The position numbers and the translations under genes were made by a program. This document shows positions 11,128 to 22,600 of a stretch of DNA of 40,635 bases, piece after piece. The DNA comes from Rhizaria sp. SCN 62-66. Its lineage: Eukaryota. Under the pieces are notes generated by a model that did not search any database, was not told the DNA's origin, and worked only from the letters and a program-made list of their open reading frames with translations. Each line of letters opens with the position of its first letter. Position 1 is the first letter of the stretch. The stretch lies in NCBI GenBank assembly GCA_001724265.1, contig MEDY01000287.1, positions 1 through 40,635 on the forward strand, in the 5' to 3' direction.

Positions 11128-12584
11128 ATCGGCAGCAGGGTCAGTGAGTGCGAGCGCGACCGTGGGCACCACGTGTACCGCCACGTGTACCTCTATAAAC
11201 AGCCGGAACACGTGGTCGTGCGCGCCTTTCCGCCGCGCCGCGCTGACTCGCTGGGCGCACTACACCGAGTGGGACATCTCCACTCTGCTGCGGCGCTACC
11301 TCGCGGTCACGCTCGCCGCCGCCACAGCCCCCGTCCCGGTCCCCGCGTCCAACTCCAACAGCAACAACAACAACAACAGCTCCAACAGCTCCAACAGTCA
11401 CAGCCACTACTCCGCTGCCACTGCTGGCTCCATGCCAGGCTCTTTCTCTGGCCCTGGCACTGGCGCAGGCGCTGGCCTCGTGGCCGCGACCGTGGGCGCC
11501 AGCGCTGGGCCGTGGGCCGCGGGCGGCGTGCTCGTCCACTGCATCAGCGGCTGGGACAGGACGCCACTCTTCGTCTCGCTGCTGCGGCTCGTCTTCTGGG
11601 CCGAGCGCCGCGCGCACCGCTCTCTCACGCCGGCGCAGGCGCTGTATACAACCATCGCGCTCGACTGGGCGCTGGCGGGGCACAAACTCCCCTCGCGGCT
11701 CGCCAAGCAAGAGGACATCATGGTGTTCGCATTCAACGTGCTCGCGGACGTGGCCGCGGACGACGGCTGCGGCGCGCGGTGCCTCTTGACCGGCGGCTGC
11801 AGCGCGCTTTCTCCGAGCAACCCCGCTCATAGTAGCGTGGCGGGGAGTGAGGACTGGGTGGAGGCAGTGATGCCGAGGTGCGTGTGCGACAGTCTTGTCG
11901 TCACGCCGGTGCACTTCAAGCGCAGGAGCCTCCGTCGCAGCAACAACAGCAGTGACATGACCGGCAACCGCGACGCGTGCAGCAGTAAGAGCCGCGCGAG
12001 TCAGAGCGCGATTGGTAGCAACGACGACGAGGACGAATGCAAGAGCAACAACAACGGTTTCGCCAAGAGCTCTCTCGACAATGACAATAGCAATGCTAGG
12101 ATTAATCCCCATGCCGGGACTGGGACTGCCCCTGACGGCCGCGATGTCGACGCCGATAGTGAAAGTGATGTGGACAATGAGGTCGACAGCGCTGGCGGTG
12201 CCGCATCCTCGGGCCCCGCTTTGACTCTCCAGGCCGAGGTTGAGCTGTATCTGCAACAAGCTCGCATGCCCCCCCGCGCCTTCAGTCCAAATCACAGTCA
12301 AAACCACGGTCACAGTTCCAGTGTGCACAGTCACCATGGTCACACTACCGGTCACGGCCACAGTCAACATCAGCCTCAGGCACAGTCGCTTCAGTTCGCG
12401 CACCCGCACAGCGAGTGCTGCGGCGAGCTCTCCCCTCGCGACGCCGTGATGCTGCTCCACCGCGGCTGCACACGCACTCCCTGCCTCTGCCACTGCGCAC
12501 ACTCCCCTGCCGCACAGTCTCACTTGCATTCGCACGCGCAGTTGCACTCTCAACTGCACTCGCACGTTGTTGCACTCGCTCCCT

Positions 12585-12615
<31 letters not shown>

Positions 12616-14998
12616 TGTGTCGGCCGAACTGGCGTCCTCGCCGCTGATCATGGGCCGTCCCGGCACCAGCCTCGTCAACGTCAGCGGCGCCGCCGCCAGT
12701 GCGCGCGCTCTTGGCCCTCTGTCAGGCTCGCTCACCTGCAATCCAACGGGCTCATCGCCGATGTCGCCGATGACTGACAGGCGCGCGGCGGTGTCGTTGG
12801 CGCGCAACACGCCCCCGCTAGCGCTGCCGCTGGCGTATCAACAGCATCAACAACAGCAGGGGCGGACGTCGCTGGTCGCCGGCGGGGGCCTGCCACCGCC
12901 GCCTCTGCTTCAGTCGAATCAGCCTCAGTATAGTCAGTCCCACTCTCAGTCATCTCCCGGCGGTAGTGTCCCGATCGCAGCCGGCTCCCCCACCGTCGTG
13001 TCCCTCCCCGCCGCCGCCGCCGCGGTTTTGGGACCTGATGAGCAGCAACATCAGGTCCGTGGTCGCAGCGACTCCGCCTCCTCGAGCTCCTCCTGGGCCT
13101 CCGCCACCACCGACCTATACACGGGCGGCTCGAGCTCCAACAACAACGGTGGTGGCGGCGCTGCCGTCTCTGGTTCAGCGGCGGTCGCGATCCCGATCCC
13201 TCCGTCGCTGTCGGTCGCCCCCGCGCTCGCCGCCGCGCTCGCGTCCCCGCCCGGCAGCGGCGCCGGGAACGCGCGGAACGCACGGGACGCACGGGACGCG
13301 GGACTCACCGGTACCGCCACAGGGACCGCCGCGACGAGCGAGGCGAGTGACGGCGAGTCGCCGCACCTGCAGCCGCGCTTTTCGTGGGTCTCTGTGGAGC
13401 GCGACCGCTCGGGCTCTATCAGTCTGTTCCCCGCACACGCTGTCCATAGCAACAACACGGGGGCGGCTGGGGCGGCGGCGGGACACATGGGGATACACGT
13501 GGGGGGCACGGGTTCGCCCGCGCTGGGGGGACCCTCGCACTCGCCCGTCTCTGCCCACGGTCACTCGCACTCCCCGGGCGCCTCGGGGTTCCTCGTTGGT
13601 CGTCTCGTCGGCAGCCTCGGCAGCAGTGGCGGCGGCGGCGGCAGTGCTGGTGGGGCTCTGATGACGGCGCGCCCGCCCCTGCCCCCGCCCGGCTCCAGCT
13701 ACGGCGCCAGCGGCGGCAACGCCAGCGGCGGCAACGGAGGCTCGTCCGCTGGCCGCCGGGGTAGCCTGCGACTCTCTGCGGCAGGCTCCCCGTCAGTCTT
13801 CGCCGTCACCGCCGCCGCCGCTGCCGCCGCTGCCGCCGCAAACGCCACTTCGACGGCTGCAGCTCATAGTCCCGCTCTGTACGGGGTCAACAACAACAAC
13901 AACAACAACAACAGCTGTAGCAACGCTTACCAGGCCGAGTCCCCGACGACGGCTGCGGTGCCTTCGTTCGCGCTGTGCGAGTCTCCTCCGCAGCAGTTGC
14001 CGCCGCCCTTTCCCGCCTCCGCCTACCCCTCCAACTCCAGCTCTGGCTTTGGCGCGAACAGCGGCAGCGGCGGCAGCTTTGGGCTCGGTTTGGGGCTCTC
14101 TCGGGGGTCGATCTACGGGCCCGCGGGGCCTGCGGCGCTGCTCTACAGCAACAGCAGCAGCAACAACAGCTCCGACCCGCTGTCCTCAACGTCTGCGAGC
14201 GTTAACGGCGGCTGCTGCGGCGCCTGCTGCCGCTGTCTCATCTCCGCTTCGCCGCAGCTCTCAAATAACACCGCAACTACGACTGCGAGCTCGCTCTCAC
14301 TGGCGCTCACCGGCTCAAACATCACTGCCAGTAGCGGCGTTCATGGCGGCGCTTATGGCGGCGCGAAGCTCGGCAGCTGCGAACGGTGCGTGTGTCCTTG
14401 TCTGCGCGCGCGCCTCGAAGCCTACGTGCGCCGCCGCCGCGCGCTCCGCCGCCGCCGCCACCGCCTGCTGGCGGTGCGCGCGCTCTTCCTCCTCGCCTAC
14501 CGCGGCCTCCGCGCGCCGCCCCAGTCCTCGCACACCGGCGGCTCTGGCGCCAGTGCGGCGGCGGCGGCTGCGTGTGGCGGGGTGGCGGCGCTCGGGCCAG
14601 GGGTGATCGAGCCTGCCGCGACCAACGCGGACGTACTGGCCACGCCGGTGGGGCCGGCGCCCGCGGCGGAGGAGACCCACGTGGCGCCCGCGCTGTGGGC
14701 GCTGCTGCACCCGCCGCTGCCCCCGCCCGCGACCGCCGCCGTCGGAGCACAGTCGCGAGCGCAGGCGCAGTCGCGGGTTGGTAAAGAGGAGCGGGCACCT
14801 TCGATGTTAACGCAGCAGCTGATGCGGCAAACGCGCATGCAGCAGGTACAGACCGCGGCCCCCGTCACAGCGCAGCCGCAGACAGCGCAGCCTGCTATGC
14901 AACAACAGCAGCAGCAGCAGCAGTCAGCGGTGGAGGTTGCGGCTGCGCTGCAGCCAGCCAAGCCGACCAGGGCACGGTCCGGGTGGAGCTTCTGGTGA
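7832..14998 (+). CDS. MTMR14: Myotubularin-related protein 14 (Jumpy/EDTP)-like phosphoinositide 3-phosphatase, 2388 aa, with large low-complexity insertions
   Basis: Catalytic VLVHCISGWDRTPLFVSLLRL, plus MTMR14 blocks RAHGRFVLP, ARSGTVS, DLLVE..KKYLGLRVTTSEK, LPFPGCEFF, DWALAGHKL and EDIMVFAFNVL. The start codon is the ORF-track ATG and is not independently verified. Confidence 0.9.
7907..7969 (+). repeat. Coding CAG/CAA polyglutamine tract (Q7-H-Q3-H-Q9)
   Basis: Read directly from the sequence, in frame with the MTMR14-like ORF. Confidence 0.95.
11096..11125 (+). repeat. Coding (ACG)10 poly-Thr microsatellite
   Basis: Perfect ACG run within an MTMR14 insert. Confidence 0.93.
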
Positions 14999-15275
14999 AG
15001 CGTGTATTTTGCGCGCTGATGAATTAATACTATTGTTTTCCGAACGTTTATATATTGCCATTTCTATACACAGCTTTCTAGTTCGACCTTGCTCATCTTC
15101 CGTGAGACCAACGCTATTTTCTCTTTCCGCAAGAGTCTCCTTCTAGTTGAGGCAGGCGAACGACCGCGTCGTCATCCGTTCGAGAATGGCACATTGGAAA
15201 GTTCCATCCTGAGCGATTTCGTCGTCATAATACTGTATAGCGCAACCTGCTGAAAGATAATGCACGCTTTTCTTT

Positions 15276-15302
15276 TATAAATTTCTTCTGTTTCTCATTC
15301 AA
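15276..15302 (+). promoter_or_regulatory. Possible core promoter of dre2: TATAAA (15276-15281) and initiator-like TCATTCAA (15295-15302)
   Basis: Lies 60-85 nt upstream of the ATG at 15361. The same 8-mer TCATTCAA occurs on the minus strand upstream of the miaA-like gene (27464-27471). These are short motifs and could be chance. Confidence 0.25.
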
Positions 15303-15360
15303 CCCACTTTCCGTGTAATATCTGGCTCCGGGTTTTCCCTCCCTCAAAGACCGGTTCTTA

Positions 15361-16097
15361 ATGTCTGCCCTCGTTATTGAGTCTAACCACCTTGGTACGT
15401 ACCCGTTACTTTAGCAAACGCAACTCCCTCATGCCTCCTGGAGCACAATTTCTAACCTGTTGCACTGTTAATTTTCTCTGTCGTCGTCACAGAGGCCCTC
15501 AAGGCTGCTGCTGACGAGTCCGCCTCGTCCCTCACCCTGAAGCTCAACACTGCGTCTGAGCTCACCCCCGACGTCACCAAGGAGGCCCTCCGCGTCCTCG
15601 CCAGCGGCGCGCAGCTCACCGCGACCGTGGGCATCCCGAGTCCGGCCCTGAAGCGCGCTCTGCTCTTCGGCGGCTTCACCGGCGTCGCTGTTGACGGCAC
15701 CACGGCCACCGGCGCCAAGCCCGAGTTTAAGATCGGCACTTCCGCGCCTGTCAAGGTCGCCGAGCCCGCCGCGGGCACCGCCGCGTGGTCGCTCACGGGC
15801 GACGCGGCCGCCGGGCTCGTCGACGAGGACGCGCTGCTCGCCAAGGACGCCTCTGCGCCCGCCAAGCCCGTCTACGACTGTGGGTCCGACGTCGGCGGCG
15901 TCCGCAAGGCCTGCAAGGACTGCTCCTGCGGGCTTGCCGAGGAGCTCGAGGGCAACGCGCAGGCGGCCGCCGGCGGCGAGCGCAAGTCGGGCTGCGGCAG
16001 CTGCTCGCTGGGTGATGCTTTTCGCTGCGCGAACTGCCCTTCGCTCGGTCTGCCGGCCTGGAAGGAGGACAGCCAGACCGTCAAGCTCCAGCTCTGA
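15361..16097 (+). CDS. DRE2: Anamorsin / Dre2 (CIAPIN1), cytosolic Fe-S assembly factor; join(15361..15394,15493..16097), 212 aa
   Basis: C-terminal Cys motifs CX10CX2CXC (CGSDVGGVRKACKDCSC) and CX2CX7CX2C (CGSCSLGDAFRCANC), LVDEDALL linker, GLPAWK. Splicing gives the continuous frame MSALVIESNHLE-ALKAAADE. Confidence 0.93.
15395..15492 (+). other. 98-nt spliceosomal intron in dre2
   Basis: Donor GTACGT at 15395, branch-like CTAAC at 15452-15456, acceptor CAG ending 15492. Removal joins the ATG exon in frame. Confidence 0.85.
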
Positions 16098-16680
16098 GCG
16101 GCATACCCCCCGTTAAAGCTGCTCAAAACCCGGTTGTAGCTGCTGTTCCCAACTGTTCTTGCTTCCCGGTGACTGGCGGTAAGGCCACTTAACCGGAATC
16201 CGCTGCCCGCCTGCGTGCGCACTGTTTTCGTTCATCTTGTTTATGAACGGAGCAACATCGCCCGCGCAAAACGCGCACTGTGTGTTGCGCGCTATCATTG
16301 TGATCTCCCTTTTCTCTCTTTATCTCTGTGATACGAAGTAATAAGTAATACATCCCTTAGACTTAAGAACGAGAGAGTATTCACATTAAGGTATTTCATT
16401 GTATTTCCTTGATCTGCAGTCGTACTAAGTTCAGTAAACGACCAAAGTGGCGCAAAAGCCGACGAAACAAAACATCCCGATTCATTCATCAATAAAACAC
16501 ACGGACACGAGAAAAGAGTCCACATCGTATCAGCTTGATATTAAAGATCATAACACGTCACCACCATTTTACAGTCCCATAATTAATTTAACCTCAAAAA
16601 GAAAACAAAACAAAATCACAACAACAACAACAACAAAAAACAACACCCGAACACAACGGCACCGAACACAACGGCATACT

Positions 16681-19600
16681 TTACCAGCCGAGCGCCGCAA
16701 ACGCGTCCCCGTCCTTCTGCGCCGCCGCCGCCTCGTCAGAAGCAGCAGCAGCAGTGGCGGCGGCGGCGGCGGCAGCGGTGGTGGGCGCAGCGGCCGCGGG
16801 GGCCGGAGCCGGCGTGTCCTGGACCTCAAGCCCCAGCGACAGCAGGTCGATCTGGGGCTCTCCGGCCGCAGCTGCGGGCGCGAAGCCGTTGTTGGCCGTC
16901 GTCGCCGTCACCGCGGGGCCGCCGTGGCCGTGGCCGTGGGGGCGCGAGGGCCGCGCGGGCACGGCGGGGGCCTGGGCCTGCGACGGAAGCTGCGACTGCG
17001 GCTGTGCGGCGGCGGAGAGCACTGTGGAGCGCTGCGCGTGGTGCGTCTGCGCAGCGATAGCCGCGGGGGGCGCGAGCGAGAACGACACCGCGCCACTGCC
17101 CACAATCGCACCGTTGTTGGCACTGTTGTTGTAGCTGTTCGCGTTGACGGACGCGGCGCCGAGCGCGGCGGCGAGCTGCGCCTGGATGGGCGGCGGCAGC
17201 GTCAGCCACACGCGCGCGCAGTGCCAGCCCGCCAGCGCGGCCCCCGCGTTGCCCCCGCCGCGCGCGGCCGACGTGGCAGCGGCGGCAGCGGCGGCGGCGG
17301 GCGGGGAGCCCGCGGGGGGCTGAGCACTCGAGACCGGCGCTGTGACGGTGAACTCGGTCGGCAGCGGGACGATCGCAGCCAGCGACCGCGCGCGCTCGCG
17401 CTTGTGGACCTGCGCGCGGATCTCCACCACGGCCGCCGGCAGCGGCAGCGGGCGCACGACCACGCGCGCGAGCGGCGTCCACGGCAGCGAGAGCGAGGAC
17501 AGCTCGCACCAGTGCTGCAGCCGCACCCACAGCGCGGAGACCGCGGCGGCGTCCACCTTGACCGCGCCGGGCGCCAACAGGACCACCGCCGATCTACTGC
17601 CGCCGTCCGGAGCGGTGCTGGCGGCGTCGGCGGCCGCGGCGAGGGCGGCGCGCGCGAGCGAGGCGGCGCGGGCGATGGCGACTGCGCGCCAAAGCAACTC
17701 GGCGTCGCCGGCGTCGACTGGGTAGCCGCCGTCGTCGGCCCAGACCGGCGCGCGCGGCGCGAGCGGGAGCTGCGCGACGGGCGGCGACGAGAGCCGGCGC
17801 ATCCACGCCAGAAGCGGCGCGGGCAGCGCGGCCGGGTTCCGCAGCGACGCCAGCGGGGCCAGCGCGCCACCCTGGGGGCCGCGCACCGGCGTGGGCTGCC
17901 CGCGAACGGGCCGGAGACCGGGCACGAACGCGCCCGTGGTCAGTGATAGCGCCTGCTGCTTAACGCCGTCAGTGACGTTGTTGCGGTAGTAGCGCTTGGC
18001 CGCGGTGAAAGCGTTCATCGCAATGCCGGAGACCTTGGCGAAGCGTGAGGGCCCGCGCGAGGCTGTGTCATACTCGTCCGCGTCCTCGTCATATCCAGCG
18101 GCGGCGGCGGCGGCAGAGGCGTTGCCGTTGGCGCCCGCGCTGCCGCCACCGTTAACGGAGTTGCCGGCGGCGCCGCTGTGGGCCGCGGCATCGCCGAAGT
18201 CGTCGAAGTCGTCGTCCTGGGGCGCCACGAGCGCACCAGTCACTGAGAGAGACTGCGCAGGCGCCGCGGGGGCCGCAGCGGCCGCAGAAGCGGCAGCGGC
18301 GGCGGTAGACACAGAGACAGACGCGGAGCTAGAAGCATTCGACGAACTAGACGACGACGAAGAGGAAGAGGAGGACGAGTTCTTGAAGTTGCTGAACGCA
18401 CGCATGAACGAGTTACCGATGCCACCCTTGCTGCTGTTAGTCGTAGCGGTGGGCTGGGGGCTCACGGCGTCGTCCTGCGGCGTCGGCTGCGCAGCGGGCA
18501 CCGCAAGGCCGGGCCCGCCGACCGCGGCCGGAGACACCACAGCGAGGTCCGGCGCCGCGCCCGCGCCGAGCACGCCCTCCCAGCCGGGGCCCGCGGTGCG
18601 GCGCAGCGGCGCGCACACGGCGGCCATCCAGGGCGCGTCGTCCTCGGCCAGCAGGATCGTTTCGCGGTGCATCGCGGCCGAGCCGGCGTACTGCACGGCG
18701 ATGCGGTCGCCGTTGGCCGACAGCGCGCGCTGCAGCGCCGCTGACAGATGCGCGGGCAGGCGCGACGGGTTGCGCTGGCCGTGCGCGAGCGCGAGCTGGC
18801 ACAACACGGCGCGCGCCGTCGCGTCGCGGGCCCAGTGCCCGTCCCATTGCGCCGTCGTCTCGGCCGGAGAGCCCGCGGCGGCGCGGCTGGCGGCGACCGA
18901 GGCGGCGGCCGTGGCGTCGACGGCGAGGGCGAGGAGCGCGTCGAGCGGCGTGGCCGACAAACCGAGCGCCTGGAAGGCCTGCGCGAGACCGGCCTTCGCG
19001 GCGACGAAGAGCGCGATGTTGGTGCGGTCGAGGCAGTCGACGCAGTTGACGCGGACGACGCCGCGCTGCCATAGTGGGCGGGCGGGGGCCGAGGCCGCGG
19101 GCCCGCTAGGGGGCTCGGGAGCGCCCGCCATGGCGCGGGAGCAGGCCGCGAGCATGGGGTCCGCCGCGGAGCCCATGGGGGCGGAGACGCCGACCTCTGC
19201 GACGAGAGGGGTTAAGAGGCGGCGCAGCTCGCTCACCACGGTCGGCGACGGCAGCAGGCGGCTGCGAGGGCCGACCGCACCGCCGGCATTGTTGGTACTG
19301 CCGTCGGTGAGGGCGGCGGCGCTGGAGCCGCTGCTGCCGACGCCGGCGATGGGCGGGGGCGACAGCGGCGACGCGAGCGCGCCGACCGCGGGCGACGCAG
19401 AGGGCGAGTTTGTGTTAGACCCACCCACGCCAGAGCCGGAGCCCTCGGGGATGTTGGCAGTACTACTGCCCGACATGCTGACGGACGACTGCGAGCCCAC
19501 GAGGTTGCCGTTATCGGCGGGGCGGCTAGTCTTATTGTGGTCCTTGGCGCCGCGCCTCGAGAGGAAGTCGTACCCGTGGTACGCCACGGTCGAGCCCAAG

Positions 19601-22600
19601 TACGACTGTGCGGTCGGCACGGCGGCGGCCGGCGCACCCGCCGCGGCGCCCAGCAGCACGGCCGCGAAGGGCGACGGCGCGGGCCGGGTCACGACCTCGG
19701 CCAGGTCCACGGGCCGCGTGTACGCGGGTTTGTCGTGGAGGAACAGCGGCGGCACGGCGGCCTTGGTCGCGAGCACCGTCGGCGCCGGCAGAGCCTCGGC
19801 GGCGGCGGCCGCCGCGGCGGCCTCGGCGGCGGCGGCTTCTTTCTCTTTCTCGCGCTCCTTGCTGTCCTTGCCGGTCAGCCGCGCGCGCAGCGAGCTCAGG
19901 AACCTGCCCCCACCGCCGCCGCTGCTACTGCTAGAGCTGCTGGAGCTGGAGCTCGGCACAGGGGCGTTGCTGGAGCTCGCGGGCGGGCTGCCGAGCGGCG
20001 AGAGCAGAGACTGCTGCTGCTGGAGCTCGTCCTCAGCGTCCTGGGGGTCAAAACGGTCGCTGGCCGAGGGAAACACCGTCACGGCTACGGGCCCGCCCAG
20101 CGCGATCGACGGCACCGCCTTGCCACTCGCGCTCGCGCTCGCACTCGCATTACCAGCAGTGGCGGCGGGGGCGGCGACGAGGGCGGCAGCGGGGGCGGGG
20201 GCGTCCTGGTAGGGCAGGTTGTCCTCCGGCATCAGCGTGAGACACATCGCGCCGTCGCGCCCCGCGTCCTCACTATGGGGCGCGGCGAGCCCGAAGGCCA
20301 CGGCGGCGACACACAGCGCGGTGCAGCCGGCGTTAACTAGCGCGGCCACCGCGCCGCCCTCGGCCGCCGCGCCCGCGGGGACGGGCAGCCCGAGGCCGGC
20401 GCACAGCCACGCCACGGGCGCCCAGCAGCCACCGACGCTCCCACTCGCACCCGCAGCAGCAGCAGCAGCAGTAGCAGCCGCGTTGACGGCGGCGGATGCG
20501 GGCGTGCTGAGGACGAGCGTGCGCGCGAGCGGCGCGGACCGCGCGAGCGCGCCGGCAATCATGGCGTCGATCGCGGCGCACGACGGCGCGGCATCGGGCG
20601 GGGCCGTGGCGCTGGCGAGGTGGAGCAGCGCGAGCCGCTGCGCGCACGGACACAGCACGGCGGCGTCGGGCGAGGGCGCGGCCAGCGCGCAGCCGTGGGC
20701 GCCGCAGCCGGCGGGCGTGGCCGCACTGCGCGGGCGCGCCGCCGCGGCGGTCGTCGCGGCACTCAACGCGGCGGCCAGCGAGCGGTAGATGAGTCCGCGC
20801 AAGAACAGCGGGGCGAGTGCGCTCACTTCGTCCCCCGTCACGGCGACTCCGGAGCCCGATGCCACGCCGGGCGCAGCCGACACAGCCGTCGCCGATACCA
20901 CCGCCGTCGTCGCCGACACGCTGCAGCGCGCGGCGGCGCGGGCGGCGGCACGCGTGACCGCGCGCGCCGTAAGTTCCGCGTTGACGGCGCGCGCGACGGA
21001 CGCGAACGCGGGGCCCAGCAGCGTGTCGCGAGGCGTGCCCGACTCGCGCTGCTTGATGAGGTTGATCGCGTGCACGCGCCCGCCCGGGAACGCGCGGGTC
21101 AACCGCGCGAAGTGCGCGACCGCGGTGCGGGCCAGCGAGGCCGGGCTGAGCGCGTTGGGCGCGATCTTGACCTCGGGGGCCATCTTGAGCGCCGAGCCCT
21201 GGCGCCAGAAGAACGGGATCGAGCCGCGGAGCAGCGTGAAGCTGGCCCAGCGCCAGCGCGCGCGGCTGCGGGACGCCGGGGCCAGCAGCACGACCTCGGT
21301 CTCGACCTCGTTGGCGACTGAGCCCGGCCCGCCGCAGAGCGCGTCCCGCAGCGCGCGGCACGGCTGGTCGCCGCGGGGGCCCGCGCCGCACTCGCTGCCG
21401 CAGACGACGCAGTCACCGGCGACTGAGCACGCCGCGGCGTCGGCGTCGGGGTTCGCCGCCACGTCCGCGCCCAGCAGCCCGCCGTCGGCGCCCGCGCCGT
21501 CCTCGGGAGTCGCGACGTTCGCGCCCGTGTTGTTAGAGTCGGCGGCGCCGGGGCCCGTGTAGCCCTTGATGGCGCGCGCCATGCGCTGCGCGGCCGCGGG
21601 CGTGGGCGCGTGAGCGTCGCGCTCCGACGCCGCGGCCGAGGGCGGGGACGCCGCAGTGGCGCCGCGCCGCAGGTACCGCGTGCCCGCGAACGCGCGCGAC
21701 CGGCGCGACAGCACGACGAGCATCGCGGCGGGGCTCGAGCGGTCGCCCTCGTGCAGCCGCATGGCGCACGCAAAGCCGCAGACGGCGGCGGGCACCGTGG
21801 CCAGCGCCCACCGTTGCGCCGCCTCGCGCAGCGCCGCGGACCGCGGGGAGGCCGCGAGGGGCGAGGACAGCGTAGCCAGCGGCAGCAGAGCGCGCGCGAC
21901 CTCGTCCGCCGCAACGTCGGGGAACGGGGCCGCGCCGAGCGCCACGCCCAGCGCGGCCAAGGCGGTGGCGGAGCGCGCGGGGGCCGGGCGGACGAACGCG
22001 GCCTCGAACGGGAGCGGGATGGACACAGCGTGGTCGGGCCGCGACAGCGCCGCCACGACGCTCGAGGGCATCGAGGGCGCAACGGTGGGCGCGCCGGCCT
22101 CGACCGCGGCGGCGGCGGCGGCGGCGGCGTTGACGTGCGCGGCGGCGACCGAGGCCGCAACGGCGTCGGCCCACAGGCGGTGCGCGTGGGCGTTCCACGC
22201 GTACCGGCCCGACGACGCGGCGACGGCGACGGCGCGGTCGGCCGCGGGCGCCGCCGCGGCCACGGCCTGGGTCTGCAGTGTGTGCGTGAGGTCGGCCGTG
22301 AACGACGTGTACACCGAGTGCGCGTAGGACGACGCCGAGTCCGACCGGAGAGCGGACAACGCGCGGTCTGAGGCGTCTAAGTGGTAAGTGATGTCGCCGA
22401 CATCTGGGAACAGCGACACGGGCGGCGGCGGCGGGGGCGCGGCGCCGCTGCCGCTACTGCTGCTGCCGCCGCCGCTGCCACTGCCGCTGGCAAACTGCTG
22501 GTGCGCCTGCAGCAGCGTGCGCTCATACTGCGGGTGCGGGACTGGCACGAAGACAGTCTTGTCGACGCGCAGCACCGGCGCGAGCGGCAGCGCCATGATG

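Noticed and set aside
17996-20212. 738-aa + strand ORF and the many other long overlapping or antisense ORFs (e.g. 11141-12565, 16447-17946, 31868-33151, 34015-35646, 35219-36487)
   Set aside because: Shadow frames of GC-rich, GC3-biased genes. They are Arg/Ala/Pro-rich, have no family motifs and overlap confidently identified CDSs.
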